44,275 nucleotides of DNA from Macrostomum lignano. Lineage: Eukaryota. Positions within the stretch are counted from its first letter, which is position 1. Each line of letters starts with the position of its first letter. The position numbers and the translations under genes were made by a program. A model generated the notes under the pieces. The model made no database searches. It worked only from the letters and a program-made list of their open reading frames with translations, and was not told the DNA's origin. Below are positions 42,434-44,275 of this stretch, one piece after another. The stretch is taken from the NCBI GenBank assembly GCA_002269645.1, contig NIVC01004493.1, positions 1 through 44,275 of the forward strand, read 5' to 3'.

Positions 42434-44275
42434 TCAAACTGCTCAGCCAATAGTGATCCAGCTGCCGACTTCTCGGCCGCCACCCCAGCAGTCGGCCGCC
42501 CCAACGCCGCCGGCGATTCTCAAACCTATACAAGCAGCCGAGCCCGGATGACCGCAGCCAGCAACAGTGCCAGGCTGAGGCCGCTAAATCGACAACGCGC
42601 GGTGCAACATCAGAATGAAGCGGAGAGCCTCCGCTGGTGGCAGCCGCCGCCACCGCCGTCGCCGCCGCAGCTGTTATCAAACGAAATCGTCCAGCAACCA
42701 AAACTATCAGCTAGGCTAATTATCAGCAACTGCTGCGCTGATAGTCAAATGTCGTCCATTCACCTGCGCAATCACCCGCTCAGCCCGCGGCCGTCGCGCT
42801 CCCCCAGCCCGGACCTCATGCCCGGCTACACACCGCCGCTGCCTGCGCCTGCCGCCGGTCTCTCCTGGACAGCCAGCTCGAATCCCGGCGGCAGCAGCAC
42901 CAACCCCTACCTGGCCAGGTCTCGCTACCTGACCGCCGCTGCCAACTCCGACCTGCACGGCCCGCTGACTGTCGACACGCGCACCAGCCGCCTCATCCGC
43001 TGTTCCACCAGCCCGAGGCCTCCGTCAAGCGGGACAAATTCGCCAATGCCGGCTACTCTTCTGGCTACTATTCGAACTCGAATGCCGCCATCGACAATAA
43101 TAGCAGCTTTCAGCTGATGCCGATGGAGTCGGCCACCTCCTTCGAGTCCGGAGACGATGCCGAATCTATCGAGGCTGAGTTGCTTCAGCATCACCGCGGA
43201 GCTCAGCAGAGGCAACACTGCCCCGGCACGGCGGCCCCACCGATCCCATGGACCCCTTCGGCCAGTTCGCCGACTGCGTATGCCCGCACCCGCGCTACGC
43301 CGCCGGTCCAGCAGCCGCCCGCATCAACAGCGACTTTGACGAATCGGACGGCAACGCCGGCGAGGAGGACGCAATGGCGATGGCGGCCGCGCTTCGGCCC
43401 CCGACTGTTCGGGTCTTCTTCGACCCGAACTGGGAGTCCGCCAGGGAGACCGACATCCTCGGCGGCGTCGGCTGCAGCGGCGCCGGTATCGACTTACCGG
43501 ACGCCGATTCTAGTAGCAACTTGGCGGCCCTGGCCGATTTCCAGCGTCGCTATCCGGTTCACCTGGACGACAAGGACGAGCGCAACACCTGGTCGTCTTC
43601 GTCGACAGCGACTTCGTCGGCTTCGTCCTCACCGACAACTCTGCTGGGCAGGAGCAGCTCCGCCTACTTGCGCGTCGGCGCGCCCGTTTACCATGCGCGG
43701 CGCCTCCGATCGGATAGAAGCGTCGAGACGTCACTAAACTGGACGACATCGACGTGCGCTCGATCAAATCCTCGCATTCGCAGGACTGCATCACCTGCGA
43801 GATCCTGGCATCTGCTGTGCCACATGACGTCGACTCGACGACTGCTAAACTGAGCGAAGCGCCAAACGGAAGCGGCGCGCCGCCAGGGACCTACGGCGCC
43901 GGGCCGAGGAGCGGCGCAGCCAAGGTCTGGAAGTGTCTGTTACCGAATGCCCAAACGATCGACTTTCACCGTACGACAATCTGGATAATATCATCCGCGA
44001 GGAGGATGAGGAACTGGTGTCCTCTCCAGACTCCGTGCCCAGCGTGATCAACAGTCAACAGGCTGCGGCGGCGGATTCTCGTCACGGAGAACTCGCCAAA
44101 TTCAGGCAGCAAGTCGAGGCTGCCGCCGACCGGAGCGATCTCCGTGGCCGCCACCGTGCATCGTCGGCCGCCGGACGCTACGACCCAGTCTGCGGTTTCG
44201 ACATCGGCAACGGCAGGTTTTCCAGCAGCGTTGTCAGTTTCATCGTCGATGGCAACACAGCCAGCACCGTCTCCA
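42287..44275 (+). CDS. large low-complexity coding exon running off the window, with 4 apparent -1 frameshifts; candidate alternative N-terminal exon of unc-13
   Basis: Protein-like segments pass through frames 2, 1, 0, 2, 1 (...NPYLARSRYL / SVKRDKFANAGYSSGYYSN / MDPFGQFADC...VRVFFDPNWES / DDIDVRSIKSSHSQDC / LSPYDNLDNIIREEDEEL...). No internal splice signals needed. The unc-13 link is positional only. Confidence 0.55.
42380..42432 (+). repeat. (CAG)17 triplet repeat
   Basis: Reads as polySer in the 42287 frame or polyGln in the 42148 frame. Confidence 0.9.

Noticed and set aside
42950-43950. Programmed -1 ribosomal frameshifting as the explanation for the four -1 shifts
   Set aside because: No X XXY YYZ slippery sites seen at the switches. 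Four serial events would give negligible full-length product. Sequencing deletions are simpler.

Overview
Eukaryotic (invertebrate animal) genomic DNA with spliceosomal GT-AG introns. The style (GC-rich polyQ/polyA/polyS-rich exons, many long intronic mini- and microsatellites, scattered indels) resembles the flatworm Macrostomum, but I cannot confirm the species. Four protein-coding genes can be reconstructed by hand. (1) A + strand TTLL4-like tubulin glutamylase, 5 exons, about 467-5232, with a frameshift-ridden first exon. (2) A + strand ANKFN1/wide awake homolog, 15337-19066, 2 exons, with polyQ, ankyrin, FN3 and RA-like parts. (3) The 5' part of a + strand unc-13/Munc13 gene. Its C2A exons (26268-29536) and calmodulin-site exon (38590-38712) are mostly missed or mis-framed by the ORF track. 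It also has a Pro/Gln-rich exon and a probable alternative large N-terminal exon (42287 to window end). (4) An Ariadne-like RBR E3 ligase on the - strand (34723-38209) nested inside an unc-13 intron. The rest is at least 18 unrelated tandem arrays, including a telomere-hexamer-derived satellite, plus two tRNA-headed CORE-type SINEs and small hairpin elements. I found no rRNA, true tRNA gene, CRISPR array or intact transposase. I do not see a convincing wholly new system. The best leads are the nested RBR/unc-13 architecture, the altered unc-13 C2A surface, a linked CA/TG (CpG-decay-like) dimorphism in two unrelated arrays, and splice-site-adjacent arrays with RNA-binding-protein-like motifs. 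All protein comparisons are from memory; no database search was run.
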